Source: a virus
Taxonomy: Duplodnaviria; Caudoviricetes
Reading direction: 5' to 3' (one strand)
Length of the DNA: 64,000 bases
IMG/VR virus record: IMGVR_UViG_3300029288_000090
Span: 32,001-96,000 of that record
Below, one piece after another: positions 48,029 through 58,017 of the stretch (its first letter is position 1; each line of letters begins with the position of its first letter). Below the pieces are notes generated by a model. The model made no database searches. It was not told where the DNA came from and saw nothing but the letters and a program-made list of their open reading frames with translations. Made by a program: the position numbers and the translations under genes.

Positions 48029-49165
48029 ATGGTAGACAGAAGAAAAGCGATTGATGACGAACATCGTGAATCACAACAAAGAGGGCGAGCAGCATATACT
48101 TACGTCAAGGTCAATGAATTGGATAGAATGGGAATAGAACAGTATAAAGCCATTCCAGGAGAAAATTTTATTGCTGTTGTTTGTAATCCTGATCAAAAAG
48201 GATTTTTTGGAAAAAAAGTTGTTGTACATAACAATATAGGTGTTGACAACAAGGTATTTATTTGTCCAAAAGGAACGTATGGAAAAGAATGTCCTATTTG
48301 TGAAGAAATTATGCATATGAAGAAAGACGGAGAAGATCAGGAGTTGATTGACGATCTTCGTCCTAGCACACGATATTTATTCTTTGTTATCGATTTTAAG
48401 AGTCAGTCTACTGAAGAGAAAGGAGTTCAGTGGTTTGATGCCTCTTCTGGTATTAAGGATGAGATTGTATCCTTGTGTCATAATAAGAGAACAGGGGATA
48501 GTTTCGATATCTCTGATCCTAAAGAAGGGAAGACAGTTTGTTTTGAGCGAACAGGAACACGATTGAAGACCAGATATAAAGGATTTGAGTTGGAGGGAAG
48601 GGATCCTATAGATGAAGAAATGTTGCTAGATCTTCCGTTGTTTGAAGAGATTCTTCAAGATGTTACTTATGAACAGATTGAGAAAGAGTTCTTTGGAACT
48701 ACTACACGTTCTCGGGACGAAGACCGTGGTTCACGCAGAGTAAGAGGGGAAGAAGATAAGGGAGATAGAGGTTCACGCAGAGTAAGAGGAAATGATGATG
48801 AAGGAGATAGAGGTTCCCGAAGGGGAAGAGAAGACGAAAATGAGGATACTGGTTCACGTCGTGGGAGAAGTGGAGATGATGAAGGGGGCCGTAGTTCCCG
48901 AAGAGATAGAGAAAATAATGAAGATGCTAGCTCCCGGCGTCGGGGAAGAGAAGATAATGGAGAAGATAATTCTCGCCGTCGAGGGAGAGAGGATGATAGA
49001 AGTTCATCAGAAAACGACGAAAAAAAAGACGAACCATCTGATAAAAAGGATGAACCTCAAGGAGAAAAGAAATCGGATGGAGATTCTAAAGATGAAGCTC
49101 CTTTAAGTGAAAGAGTAAAGCGAAGACAACGTATGAGAGAACAGGAAGGACAAAATGATAAGTAA
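48029..49165 (+). CDS. Single-stranded DNA-binding protein (gp32-like) with long repetitive Arg/acidic tail
   Basis: H.........CP......CPIC Zn site, DISDP..G...R.G....T.Y; tail of DRGSRRxR repeats. Confidence 0.75.
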   Translation: MVDRRKAIDDEHRESQQRGRAAYTYVKVNELDRMGIEQYKAIPGENFIAVVCNPDQKGFFGKKVVVHNNIGVDNKVFICPKGTYGKECPICEEIMHMKKDGEDQELIDDLRPSTRYLFFVIDFKSQSTEEKGVQWFDASSGIKDEIVSLCHNKRTGDSFDISDPKEGKTVCFERTGTRLKTRYKGFELEGRDPIDEEMLLDLPLFEEILQDVTYEQIEKEFFGTTTRSRDEDRGSRRVRGEEDKGDRGSRRVRGNDDEGDRGSRRGREDENEDTGSRRGRSGDDEGGRSSRRDRENNEDASSRRRGREDNGEDNSRRRGREDDRSSSENDEKKDEPSDKKDEPQGEKKSDGDSKDEAPLSERVKRRQRMREQEGQNDK

Positions 49166-49703
49166 GGAACAGGCTCACGAACTTATAGCTAGTATAAAGT
49201 CACGACTTCGGATCAATGAGAATGATCTCACTCGAGAATGTGTTCTCCAACCTCTTCTCTTTGAAGAGATTAGTTCAGCAGCTGCTTCTGCACGATCTGA
49301 TGTCAATCGAACAAAAGAAGAATTAGAAAATCTTCACTCCAAGTTAGATTTAACCATTAGAGACTCCCCTGAAAATTTTGGTATTTCAGGGAGAGTTACG
49401 GAAAATGCTATTTCCAATGTTATTGTCAATAGTAAGACATACCGTGAAGCTAAAGATTTATACCTAGACGCTATGGAGGTATCAGGAGCTCTGGAGAGTA
49501 TGTTGAGAACAGTTGAGCAGAGAAAGTCTATGCTGAGAGATTTGGTTCAATTGTTTATATTCCAATACTACAGTTCTGAAAATACAAAGCCTGTTTCTTC
49601 CAGGGAAGTCAAGAATGCTGACGAAGAAAAAATAGGAGAAGTTAGGGATAGGAATAGAAGGAGACGAACCAGTTTAAATGAAGGAGATTCCGATGACAAA
49701 TAG
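49155..49703 (+). CDS. UvsY-like recombination mediator (putative)
   Basis: Helical, TE.AI...I motif, located between SSB and RecA. Confidence 0.55.
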   Translation: MISKEQAHELIASIKSRLRINENDLTRECVLQPLLFEEISSAAASARSDVNRTKEELENLHSKLDLTIRDSPENFGISGRVTENAISNVIVNSKTYREAKDLYLDAMEVSGALESMLRTVEQRKSMLRDLVQLFIFQYYSSENTKPVSSREVKNADEEKIGEVRDRNRRRRTSLNEGDSDDK

Positions 49704-49998
49704 AGTACGACATCTTTCAGATGACAGACCGAAGGAACAAAGGGAACAATCTCTGGCAGATAAGTTGTTTGGGGAACAAGAAGTTGAATATTCCTCTCTT
49801 TTGTCTGCTATTCAAACTCTTACTCGCAGATTAAGCGTTGTTAGTACTCAATAGGTAGCTGTTAATGCAACACCTGAAGTTAGAGAAGAAAGACCTTGTG
49901 AGTTTTCTGTATTTCTACAAAAAGTAGCAAATCATACTGATGCTATTCATAACCTTACAGAAGAAGTAAGGGATATAATAAAACGTTTGGAAATTTAA
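49693..49998 (+). pseudogene. 101-codon frame interrupted by a single in-frame TAG (49852-49854)
   Basis: AAGGAG RBS + ATG 49693; frame stays open after TAG to TAA 49996-49998, 3 nt before the recA start. Confidence 0.6.
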
Positions 49999-50001
49999 GC
50001 T

Positions 50002-51096
50002 ATGGAAGAAAGAACACAACGAAGACGTCGAGGAGAACTTCTTGACGAAGCGAAAGAAGCTGCAGAAGAATTAGCCGTAGAAGATCTTCCTCCAGTCCAA
50101 GGATGGATCAGTACAGGGTGTACATTGTTAGATATAGCCATTGCTGATTCTTTTCCAGGGGGTCTTCCTCTGGGAAGAACCATACAAACTTTTGGAGCAG
50201 GATCTACTTGTAAGACAGTTCTTGGTATGCTTATATTAGGACAGATTCAACGGATGGGAGGAGTTGCTTTTCTAGCAGATACTGAATATACTTTTGATCC
50301 TAAATGGGCACAGTTATTCGGATTAGATTGTAATAATATAGATACCTGGCGATATGGATATTGGTGGAAGAAATGTGATCCTGTTGAACAGCCTACTACA
50401 ATAGAAGAGTTATTTGATGTATATTTCTATAAGATAGTAGAATTAGATGATCCTCGACCTAAACTTATTGTTGTGGATAGTCTGACATCTTTACCTACTG
50501 AGATAGAAGCTAAAGATGATATGGCAGATGGAACTTATGGAACCTCTCGAGCTAAGCAGATAGGAAAAGGATTTAGAAAGTACCTATCCAAATTTGCAAA
50601 GTCCAATACTTCTGTATTTTTTATCGATCAGACCAGAGATAATGTAGGAGTTACTTTTGGTCCAAAAGAAACTGTATCAGGAGGTAGAGCTCTTGAATTT
50701 TATTCTACTGTTAGAATTTATTTAAAGCATGCTGAGAGTGTTAAGAACAAGAGGAAGCAAGAGATAGGGATATGGGTTGATTTTCGAATTGTCAAGAATA
50801 AGATTGCTTCTCCATTTAAGAAAAGTAGCTTCAGGATTATTTGGGATTATGGATTGGATGATATAGCCAGTAACGTTGAATTCCTTAAGTTATATCAAGA
50901 TGAAGGAGGAGATGAAGATGATTCCAAAAATAGAAAATCTCCAAGGGTTGAGTTTGACGATAAGAAATTTTATGTAGGAGATTTAATTAAACATATAGAA
51001 GAAAATGGTTTAGAAGAGAAGCTCCGAAAAGAAGTATGGAGATGTTGGAAAGAGTACCATAAAACAGAAGATAGAAAACCAAGGATATGGCAATAA
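50002..51096 (+). CDS. recA: RecA/UvsX recombinase
   Basis: ISTG...LD.A, GGLP.GR, G..STCKT, DTE, VVDSL, SGGRAL.FYS.VR, VKNK.A.PF. Confidence 0.92.
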   Translation: MEERTQRRRRGELLDEAKEAAEELAVEDLPPVQGWISTGCTLLDIAIADSFPGGLPLGRTIQTFGAGSTCKTVLGMLILGQIQRMGGVAFLADTEYTFDPKWAQLFGLDCNNIDTWRYGYWWKKCDPVEQPTTIEELFDVYFYKIVELDDPRPKLIVVDSLTSLPTEIEAKDDMADGTYGTSRAKQIGKGFRKYLSKFAKSNTSVFFIDQTRDNVGVTFGPKETVSGGRALEFYSTVRIYLKHAESVKNKRKQEIGIWVDFRIVKNKIASPFKKSSFRIIWDYGLDDIASNVEFLKLYQDEGGDEDDSKNRKSPRVEFDDKKFYVGDLIKHIEENGLEEKLRKEVWRCWKEYHKTEDRKPRIWQ

Positions 51097-51383
51097 ATTA
51101 TAAAGTAGAGAAGGTGCCCAGATGCTATACGTGTTATTATTATGAACGTATAACTCCAAGAGGTTGGTGTAGTATAAAAAAGAGAAAAGTTAAAAGAAGA
51201 TGCAAACTATACAAGAATGCCAGGAAAAATGCAACTAAGTAATGAAGCTAGATTAGTTTTTTGCACTATAGTTCTTTTTATGCTTTTTGTTATTTTTTTA
51301 TTTTTTATGATGCATTTTATGTTTAGGAAGTTGGAGAAACAATGGAGAAGTAATCTTGAAAGGTTTGAGAAGGAATGTGATAT

Positions 51384-52133
51384 ATGAAAGATTTTATAGG
51401 AATAGATTTATCTCTTAACCATTTTGGAATAGCTTTCAGAAATGGTGCTAGTAGTACACATATATCACTTGGCTATAGTTCTAGCAAAAGAAAGTTTATA
51501 AAAAATATTCCAGGAGTCTATGTTTTTACTAGTGTTAGTAAAAAGAAGGGAGAAGATGACGATAGTTTTCAGGCAAGAAGGAGAGAACAAGTATTTAGTA
51601 CAATAACTTACTTTCTTGAACATAGGGAATCTTCTTCATCAGAATGGTTTGTAGGATTGGAAGATTATGCATACACAACAAGAACTAATTCTAGTCATCA
51701 GTTGGCAGAATTGGTGGGAACTGTCAAACATTATCTTTGGAGTAAAGGGTATCAATTACTTCTTATAGACCCTGCTTCTTTAAAATTATGGGCAACAGGA
51801 AAAGGAAACGCCTATAAAAAGAACATGATAGAATCGGCTAAAAAGTTAATGACGGGAATACTGCCAAAAGTAACTATATTAGATGATCTAACTCTTTCAG
51901 AGGAAAGAAAAGTAAATCGTTCTTATACTGGAACTGTTGTAGATCTTGACGGTCCTATAACAGATATGGCAGATGCAATCAATTTATCTTATTTGGTAAG
52001 TCAAAAGGTATATTTAGATAGAAAGATATTATCCTTTGCAGACCTTCCTGAACATCAGAAGAAGGTATATACAAAAGTAACTAAGAGTAATCCAGTACGA
52101 TTATTGGATCTTCCGTTTATTTACGAAGGATGA
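51384..52133 (+). CDS. ruvC: RuvC-like Holliday junction resolvase
   Basis: IGIDLSL...G, LEDY, LAEL.G, P..LK..ATGKGNA.K, D.ADA. Confidence 0.8.
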   Translation: MKDFIGIDLSLNHFGIAFRNGASSTHISLGYSSSKRKFIKNIPGVYVFTSVSKKKGEDDDSFQARRREQVFSTITYFLEHRESSSSEWFVGLEDYAYTTRTNSSHQLAELVGTVKHYLWSKGYQLLLIDPASLKLWATGKGNAYKKNMIESAKKLMTGILPKVTILDDLTLSEERKVNRSYTGTVVDLDGPITDMADAINLSYLVSQKVYLDRKILSFADLPEHQKKVYTKVTKSNPVRLLDLPFIYEG

Positions 52134-52156
52134 GAACATTATTAGAGGATTTGCTT

Positions 52157-53287
52157 ATGTTATTATCACTTCTGATAAGAAACTTCCAATCACATGAGGA
52201 AAGTTTTGTTGAATTCTCTCCTGGTGTTACTTTAATTACTGGAACATCTAATCACGGGAAAACAGCTATTCTAAGAGCTTTGAATTGGATTATCAATAAT
52301 AGACCTCTTGGAGATAGTTTTATTCGTCATGATCAAGAATGTTGTGATATTATTCTGGCTACAGATAAAGGATCTGTCAGAAGACTTCGATCTAAACGGG
52401 AGAACTTATATATTGTAGGCCCCAGTGAAAGTATTAGTTTTGATCCTAAAGTTTTAAATGAGTCATGTATTCAATTTACAGCTATGGGATCGGACGTTCC
52501 CAAAGAGGTTAATGATCGATTAAGGATTTCTCCTATAAATGTACAACAACAGTTAGATCCTTATTTTCTTGTACTAGATAGTCCAGGAAGAGTGGGATCT
52601 TATTTCAATAGTATAATTCATTTAGATGAAGTTGAGGATGTTATTGATGAACTAACCAAACGGTCTCGATCAGAAGCGAATAAGATTAAAGATCTTAAAG
52701 AGGAAGAAAAGAAGGTAGATGAGTATATAGTTTTTTATGAGAAATTGGACCTTGATAAGTTTGAAAAGTTATTAGATAGATATGATCGTGCAAGAGATCT
52801 TACAGCTACCAAAAAGAAGGAGATTTTAGAATTTAACAAATTAATCAGAGAATTAAAGGAGATAGAAAGTACTTTGGTGGAACTTCCTGATATAACATCA
52901 GTTTTAGAAAAGTCCAAAGTTATACCGTTGGAGATAGAAGTTATAAAGAAGTCTTTAGTTCATCTACAAGGATTGGTAGAAGATTATAACAGATTAAATC
53001 ATTCAGTTCTTTCATTATCTTCAGATAGCTTTTCTTCTATAGAGAAGGCTGAACCCTTGGGTAAAGAGATAAGCACTTTAGATAAGTCTTTGGATGATCT
53101 CTTCGGTCTCATTGAAAAATTTAAGAAAATTGAAGAAACTTCTAAAGAGCTTGCCTGTGAAATTGGCAAAGCTTCAAAACTTAAACAGTCTTTTTTAGAA
53201 CAGTTAACCGTATGTCCTTATTGTGAAACAAATTTAAGTGAGGAACATAAGAGGATTTTGTTGGATAAGGAGAAGGTGAATGTCTGA
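52157..53287 (+). CDS. Rad50/SbcC N-terminal half (Walker A, coiled coil, Zn hook)
   Basis: IRNFQSH, ITGTSNHGKTAILRAL.W, Q-loop QQQ, terminal CPYC. Confidence 0.85.
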   Translation: MLLSLLIRNFQSHEESFVEFSPGVTLITGTSNHGKTAILRALNWIINNRPLGDSFIRHDQECCDIILATDKGSVRRLRSKRENLYIVGPSESISFDPKVLNESCIQFTAMGSDVPKEVNDRLRISPINVQQQLDPYFLVLDSPGRVGSYFNSIIHLDEVEDVIDELTKRSRSEANKIKDLKEEEKKVDEYIVFYEKLDLDKFEKLLDRYDRARDLTATKKKEILEFNKLIRELKEIESTLVELPDITSVLEKSKVIPLEIEVIKKSLVHLQGLVEDYNRLNHSVLSLSSDSFSSIEKAEPLGKEISTLDKSLDDLFGLIEKFKKIEETSKELACEIGKASKLKQSFLEQLTVCPYCETNLSEEHKRILLDKEKVNV

Positions 53288-53467
53288 GTTTCTTTCAGAA
53301 GAGGATAGTCAGAATCTACGGAATATGGTAGACGAATTATTATCTGCAGATGAGGGACTTTTGGATAAAGAGATAACATTTTTAGACTCTATTAAAACAG
53401 AATGGGAAGGAAACCTGACAGAAAGACAAGGAAGTTGGATAGAGAAAATTTATAAGAGGATTTTTAA

Positions 53468-54400
53468 ATGAGGCTTTTACTTTTAGGCGACACACATTTT
53501 GAAGAACGAGGTCCAGATCGTAGAAAGGACGATTACTTTTTAACACAGTTATGTAAATTGAAGCAGATATTTAGTATTTACGGAGAAGAGAAGTGTGATG
53601 CTATTCTTCAAGTAGGGGATTTCTTTAACAGTCCATACGTTTCTAATTATGTTAAATCTAACTTAATTACAGATTTGAAACATTGGGGAAATATAATGTA
53701 CTGTATTTTTGGTCAGCATGATATATTCGGGCATGCCTGGCAAACTTTTGAAAGGAGTCCACTTGCAGTTTTGGAAGCCGCAGCAGTTCTTAAAGTAGTT
53801 AGAGATCCTTGTACTAGAATTGAAGGGAAAAGTGGTGATTGTGTTTATGTTTATGGAGCTTGCTTTGGATGTGAGGTTCCAAAAGTAGAATCTGAACATA
53901 CTTTTAATATACTTTTAGTTCATGATATGATAGGAGATAGAGAATTATATCCAGGACAGGAGTTAAAAGGTCCGCGAGATTACCTTAGAAAGTATCCTAA
54001 TTATGACTTGATTGTTTGTGGGGACTACCATTATACATTCAAAGATTCACATCAGGGAAGAATTATTTGTAATCCTGGATGTTTAATGAGGAAAACCATA
54101 GGAGAGTTTGACCTTCAACATAAACCGGGAGTCTTTATTTTTGATACGGATAGTAAGGATTTGAAGTGGATTTTATTAGATGTTGAACCAGTGGAAGATG
54201 TTTTTGATTTTACAAAAACAGAATCAATAAAAGAAGATTCTTCTAAAGTTGTTGAGTTTATAGAAAAGTTGCGGGCAAATAATGAGGATAGAGCTGCATG
54301 GAGAGAAGCGTTAAGAGTTGTTTTGGAGGAGAAAAAAGTTTGTTCCAGAGTTAGAACGTTGTTAGACAGCGTTATTGCGTATACATTGGAGAACAAGTGA
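53468..54400 (+). CDS. sbcD: Mre11/SbcD metallophosphoesterase nuclease
   Basis: GDTH, GDFF, GQHD, LVH, GDYH, NPG.L.R. Confidence 0.88.
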   Translation: MRLLLLGDTHFEERGPDRRKDDYFLTQLCKLKQIFSIYGEEKCDAILQVGDFFNSPYVSNYVKSNLITDLKHWGNIMYCIFGQHDIFGHAWQTFERSPLAVLEAAAVLKVVRDPCTRIEGKSGDCVYVYGACFGCEVPKVESEHTFNILLVHDMIGDRELYPGQELKGPRDYLRKYPNYDLIVCGDYHYTFKDSHQGRIICNPGCLMRKTIGEFDLQHKPGVFIFDTDSKDLKWILLDVEPVEDVFDFTKTESIKEDSSKVVEFIEKLRANNEDRAAWREALRVVLEEKKVCSRVRTLLDSVIAYTLENK

Positions 54401-54401
54401 T

Positions 54402-54656
54402 ATGTCAGATACAAGCAAAATCGTAGATAGTTTAAAGCGAACGGCTAATAAGCTTCAAGATCTCAAGGAGAGACAAAGTACGTTGAAAGGAAGAAAAGAT
54501 TCCATTCTGGAACAGTTAAAGGAGCGTTTTTCTGTTAGTTCTGTGGAAGAAGCGGAAAAACTTCTTAAGGAAAAAGAGAGTGAACTAGTCCGAAAAGAAG
54601 AAGAGGCTCAACAACTTGCGGATGATATGCAGGAAATTATGGATAAGGTAGTATAA
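54402..54656 (+). CDS. Short coiled-coil protein (possible third Rad50 piece)
   Basis: Heptad-rich; lies between Mre11 and the Rad50 C-half. Confidence 0.55.
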   Translation: MSDTSKIVDSLKRTANKLQDLKERQSTLKGRKDSILEQLKERFSVSSVEEAEKLLKEKESELVRKEEEAQQLADDMQEIMDKVV

Positions 54657-54659
54657 CTT

Positions 54660-55262
54660 ATGAGTAAGTTTTCAGATTTTCTAGCTGTATCAAAGGATAG
54701 ATTGTCAAATTATAGGAAAAGGAAGAAGGATCTTCAGGAAAGCCTTGTTGAGGGGGAGCAGATGTTCAACGATATTCTTGAGTGTCGGGATATTATGAAC
54801 ATAGTGGGGTCTGTTTGTCAGGAACAGACTAAGAATGTAGTAGAAGATCTTGTTTCCGAAGCACTTAAAGTTGTATTTGGAGAAACTCATTCTTTTGAGA
54901 TGGAGTCTAAAATAGTTCGGAATCAGCCAGAAATCTACATGTATGTAGTTAGAAATGGTGTTCGTTACAATCTTCGTGAGGAGTTAGGTGGAGGCGTAGC
55001 TGATCTTGTTTCTTTTGTACTAAGGATTGTTCTTTGGTCCATTACTACTCCACGTTCAGCTAATATTATGATTTTGGATGAACCAGGAAAGTTTATTTCC
55101 AAAGATCTTCAATCTGCCTTTGGTGATATTATAAAAGAGTTGAGTACTATGTTGGGGATTCAGTTTATCATAGTCAGTCACGAACAGGAGTTAATAGCCA
55201 CTGCTGATGTTACCTATGAAGTAGCATTAGAAGGAGATATTAGCCATGTTACAAGGATCTAA
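54660..55262 (+). CDS. Rad50/SbcC C-terminal half (signature, Walker B, H-loop)
   Basis: LGGG...LVSF.LR, ILDEP, IQFIIVSH, AD..Y.V. Confidence 0.85.
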   Translation: MSKFSDFLAVSKDRLSNYRKRKKDLQESLVEGEQMFNDILECRDIMNIVGSVCQEQTKNVVEDLVSEALKVVFGETHSFEMESKIVRNQPEIYMYVVRNGVRYNLREELGGGVADLVSFVLRIVLWSITTPRSANIMILDEPGKFISKDLQSAFGDIIKELSTMLGIQFIIVSHEQELIATADVTYEVALEGDISHVTRI

Positions 55263-55818
55263 AACTTGGATTATTCAACCTCTCATAGATGGATCTACAT
55301 TAGATTGTGGATTAAAGTTACTTGCAGATAGCATTAAAGAAAAACTAACGGAAAAGAACATTTTTCTTCCTATACTCAAGGGAGGAGCTTTTGTAGCTCA
55401 CGAACTTTTCCATAGATTTCCTCTAAAAGAATCTGATAAAATTGGATATATAGGAGTTCGTAGCTACCTAGAAGGGGAGATTAGTTCTGGGGCTGACATA
55501 TTTGTATACAATGAACTATTTTTGAAAGAAGAAGATTTTGAAGATGCTACTGTTTTTGTTATAGACGATGTCTGTGAAACAGGAAGGACTTTACTAACTA
55601 TACGAAGAATGTTGTTAGAAAAATTTAAGTGTAAGAATATAATTACTATAGCCCTTGTTAATAAGAATGATACAATTAGGAAAGTTGAAGTTGGGGAAGG
55701 TCCTGATATGTTTGGATTTGGTTATAATGGAGGACGTTTTCTAGTAGGGTGTGGAATGGATTTTAAGGAGATGTATAGAGGACTTCCTTTTATAGGTCAT
55801 TTGGTTTTAGGAGAATGA
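55246..55818 (+). CDS. Purine phosphoribosyltransferase (HPRT-like)
   Basis: ILKGG, RSY, VIDDVCETGRTL PRPP loop, FLVG.GMD....YR.LP.I. Confidence 0.85.
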   Translation: MLQGSKTWIIQPLIDGSTLDCGLKLLADSIKEKLTEKNIFLPILKGGAFVAHELFHRFPLKESDKIGYIGVRSYLEGEISSGADIFVYNELFLKEEDFEDATVFVIDDVCETGRTLLTIRRMLLEKFKCKNIITIALVNKNDTIRKVEVGEGPDMFGFGYNGGRFLVGCGMDFKEMYRGLPFIGHLVLGE

Positions 55819-55819
55819 T

Positions 55820-56257
55820 ATGATTGTTACAAAAACTTATTCAGTAGATTATGCTCATCGATTAAAGGATCATCCAGGAAAATGTAAAAATCTTCATGGA
55901 CATACTGGAGTTTTTACGATTACTTTTAGTGGTTCAGTTAAAGAAGATGGGATGATCATTGATTTTGGCACCTTTGGTTGGCTTGAGAAGTTAGTAGGTT
56001 TGTTTGACCATACTATTCTTCTTCAAGAAGGCGATCCTATACTGGACTTGTTATTTCCTGAAGATAAGGGAGAATTTTTTGATCTTAACTTTGTTAGTTT
56101 CAAAAATCCTCCGACAGCAGAAGTAATAGTGGAAGATCTTGTTACTCTTATTGAGAATGATGGTATTTATTCCTCTATGGATAGAAATGCTTTAAGGCTC
56201 GTTCGTATTGATTTTGCAGAAACTCCTGGAAATGTTGTTAGTTGGATTAAGGAGTAA
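55820..56257 (+). CDS. queD: 6-carboxy-5,6,7,8-tetrahydropterin synthase
   Basis: AHRL..H.GKC.NLHGH, GMIIDFG, FDH, PTAE, ETP. Confidence 0.92.
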   Translation: MIVTKTYSVDYAHRLKDHPGKCKNLHGHTGVFTITFSGSVKEDGMIIDFGTFGWLEKLVGLFDHTILLQEGDPILDLLFPEDKGEFFDLNFVSFKNPPTAEVIVEDLVTLIENDGIYSSMDRNALRLVRIDFAETPGNVVSWIKE

Positions 56258-56690
56258 AATTATGGAACCTATAGTAAGTCCCTGGATTGTATATTTGGTT
56301 GGGAATTGTGATAGTATATCTATTATAACTTACATTCCTTTTATATGCTGTTGTTTAATTTTATTTGTCTTGCTCGTAAATTACGTTATCTCTTCTGATA
56401 GTGGCTCTCGTGAAAGTGAAGAGAAGGCTCACTTATTGCTTAAAAAGAAGTATAAACTTTTATGTATTTTAGGGTCCGTGTTTTTTGTATTAGCTCTACT
56501 TGTTCCTGGAAAAAAGACTGTTATAGGAATGTTAGTTGCACAAGAGGTTACTATAGATAGAGTAGCTGCAGGAAAAGAACTTGTAGAGGAAGTTAGACAA
56601 CAGATAAAGAAGGACACTTTGGATATTATTCAGTCTATTAAAGAAGAACGTTTTGTAGTAGTAGATAAAACAGAAAAGTCAAAGGAGTAA

Positions 56691-57152
56691 TTGTCGATGA
56701 TATGTTCCATGTGCGGTGCTGAAGTTATTATTAAAAGTTCAGGCTCATGCACTAATTGGTATGAACCAGTGAATTCTTTATTAGATGCAGAGTATCATAA
56801 TATTCCGTTTTACTGTGATACTTGTGGAGCTATAAGATCTCCTTTTAAGGCTATTAGGGATATAGCCTTTATTTTTCCTTTCTCTGAACAAACTACTTAT
56901 GGAGAAGGAATAGTACAGATTCCAGATAGCTACCAGAAGTTTTATAAGAAAGGAAAGGGAGTGTTACTTTCGATAGGACCTGGCTATTATACTTCTAAAG
57001 GGTTTAGATCAGTTAATCAGGATCTTAACGTGGGATGTGTGGTTAAGTTTGATTCTTCAGTTCCTTGGGTTCTTCCAGTGATAGGTACGGATGGAAAAGA
57101 ATATCCAATTGTTGTATGTGGTGAAAAGGATATTTGGTGGATTGAAGGATAG
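56691..57152 (+). CDS. GroES-like co-chaperonin with N-terminal Cys motifs
   Basis: A.RD..FI, GI..IPD, G.LL..GPG, L.VG..V.F, EKDI. Confidence 0.6.
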   Translation: MSMICSMCGAEVIIKSSGSCTNWYEPVNSLLDAEYHNIPFYCDTCGAIRSPFKAIRDIAFIFPFSEQTTYGEGIVQIPDSYQKFYKKGKGVLLSIGPGYYTSKGFRSVNQDLNVGCVVKFDSSVPWVLPVIGTDGKEYPIVVCGEKDIWWIEG

Positions 57153-57360
57153 GAGTAGATATGCATATTAAGACTATAGATGAGCAAGCTGGAATTTATG
57201 AAGTTCACTTGAATCCAGTAGAGGAGCAATATCTTCGAGGATGTTTCCCTGGAGATAATATCCCTGTGCGTATTGGAAATGCTTTGAGATCCAAACCTAG
57301 TGCTAGTAGTGATGGAGAAATAATTTTAGATCCTAATATGATACTAACATATGAATAACT

Positions 57361-58017
57361 ATGCCAACTGGAATTGAACAATTTAAAGCTATGGAGAGGT
57401 TCCGTCTGTGCTATTTGAAGCACAGGGGAAATGTTTTATCTACTTGTGAAGAACTGGGATGGCCTATAGAAGTAGGAAGATCCTATGCCAATAAAGTTAA
57501 AGGTCGAGTAGAGAGAGACGTTGCATTCGGTGTTTCACAATCTATTATGATGCAACTTCTCATAGGGTATGAGAGTAGGGTAGGGCATCTTCAAGAACTT
57601 TTAAACAGGTTAGATGGGACTAACAAATTGATAGTTTCAAAATGTTGTTACTATCCTATTTTTCTTAAGAAGGAGAGAAGAGAGCCTCTTCCTCATTGTA
57701 CTAATTGTAATAAAAAATGTGAAACCAAAATAGTAGGTTTGCCTGTTGTTTACGATCTTATATTTCGAACAGTTGGACAACTTCAGGATGAAGACAGAGC
57801 TATTGTAGAGTTTGCCAAGAAGATGGGTTACGTCAATCCAGATGCTCCTCCTACATCTATAGTTAGAAATAATGTTTTAGTTGTAGATGGGAATAGAAAG
57901 CAGCTTCCTCTCGATCAAGGATTTGTTCAAGATGTAGAACGATTGCCTCCTATGGAACGAGAGAAACTCCGAAAACGTCTGGAGGAGCATATAAAAGGAG
58001 GGGAAGGAAATGGCTAA
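57361..58017 (+). CDS. Putative terminase small subunit
   Basis: N-terminal HTH-like segment (GNV...CEELG); overlaps the large-subunit start. Confidence 0.45.
   Translation: MPTGIEQFKAMERFRLCYLKHRGNVLSTCEELGWPIEVGRSYANKVKGRVERDVAFGVSQSIMMQLLIGYESRVGHLQELLNRLDGTNKLIVSKCCYYPIFLKKERREPLPHCTNCNKKCETKIVGLPVVYDLIFRTVGQLQDEDRAIVEFAKKMGYVNPDAPPTSIVRNNVLVVDGNRKQLPLDQGFVQDVERLPPMEREKLRKRLEEHIKGGEGNG

Noticed and set aside
48792-49106. 104-aa alternative-frame ORF and the many short antisense ORFs in the track
   Set aside because: They are shadows of real genes. This one arises from the purine-rich SSB repeats, and none shows recognisable motifs.
49852-49854. Genome-wide TAG reassignment (alternative genetic code)
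   Set aside because: Only one interrupted frame was found. Conserved genes are full-length in code 11, folE ends at TAG at its expected C-terminus, and no suppressor tRNA is seen.
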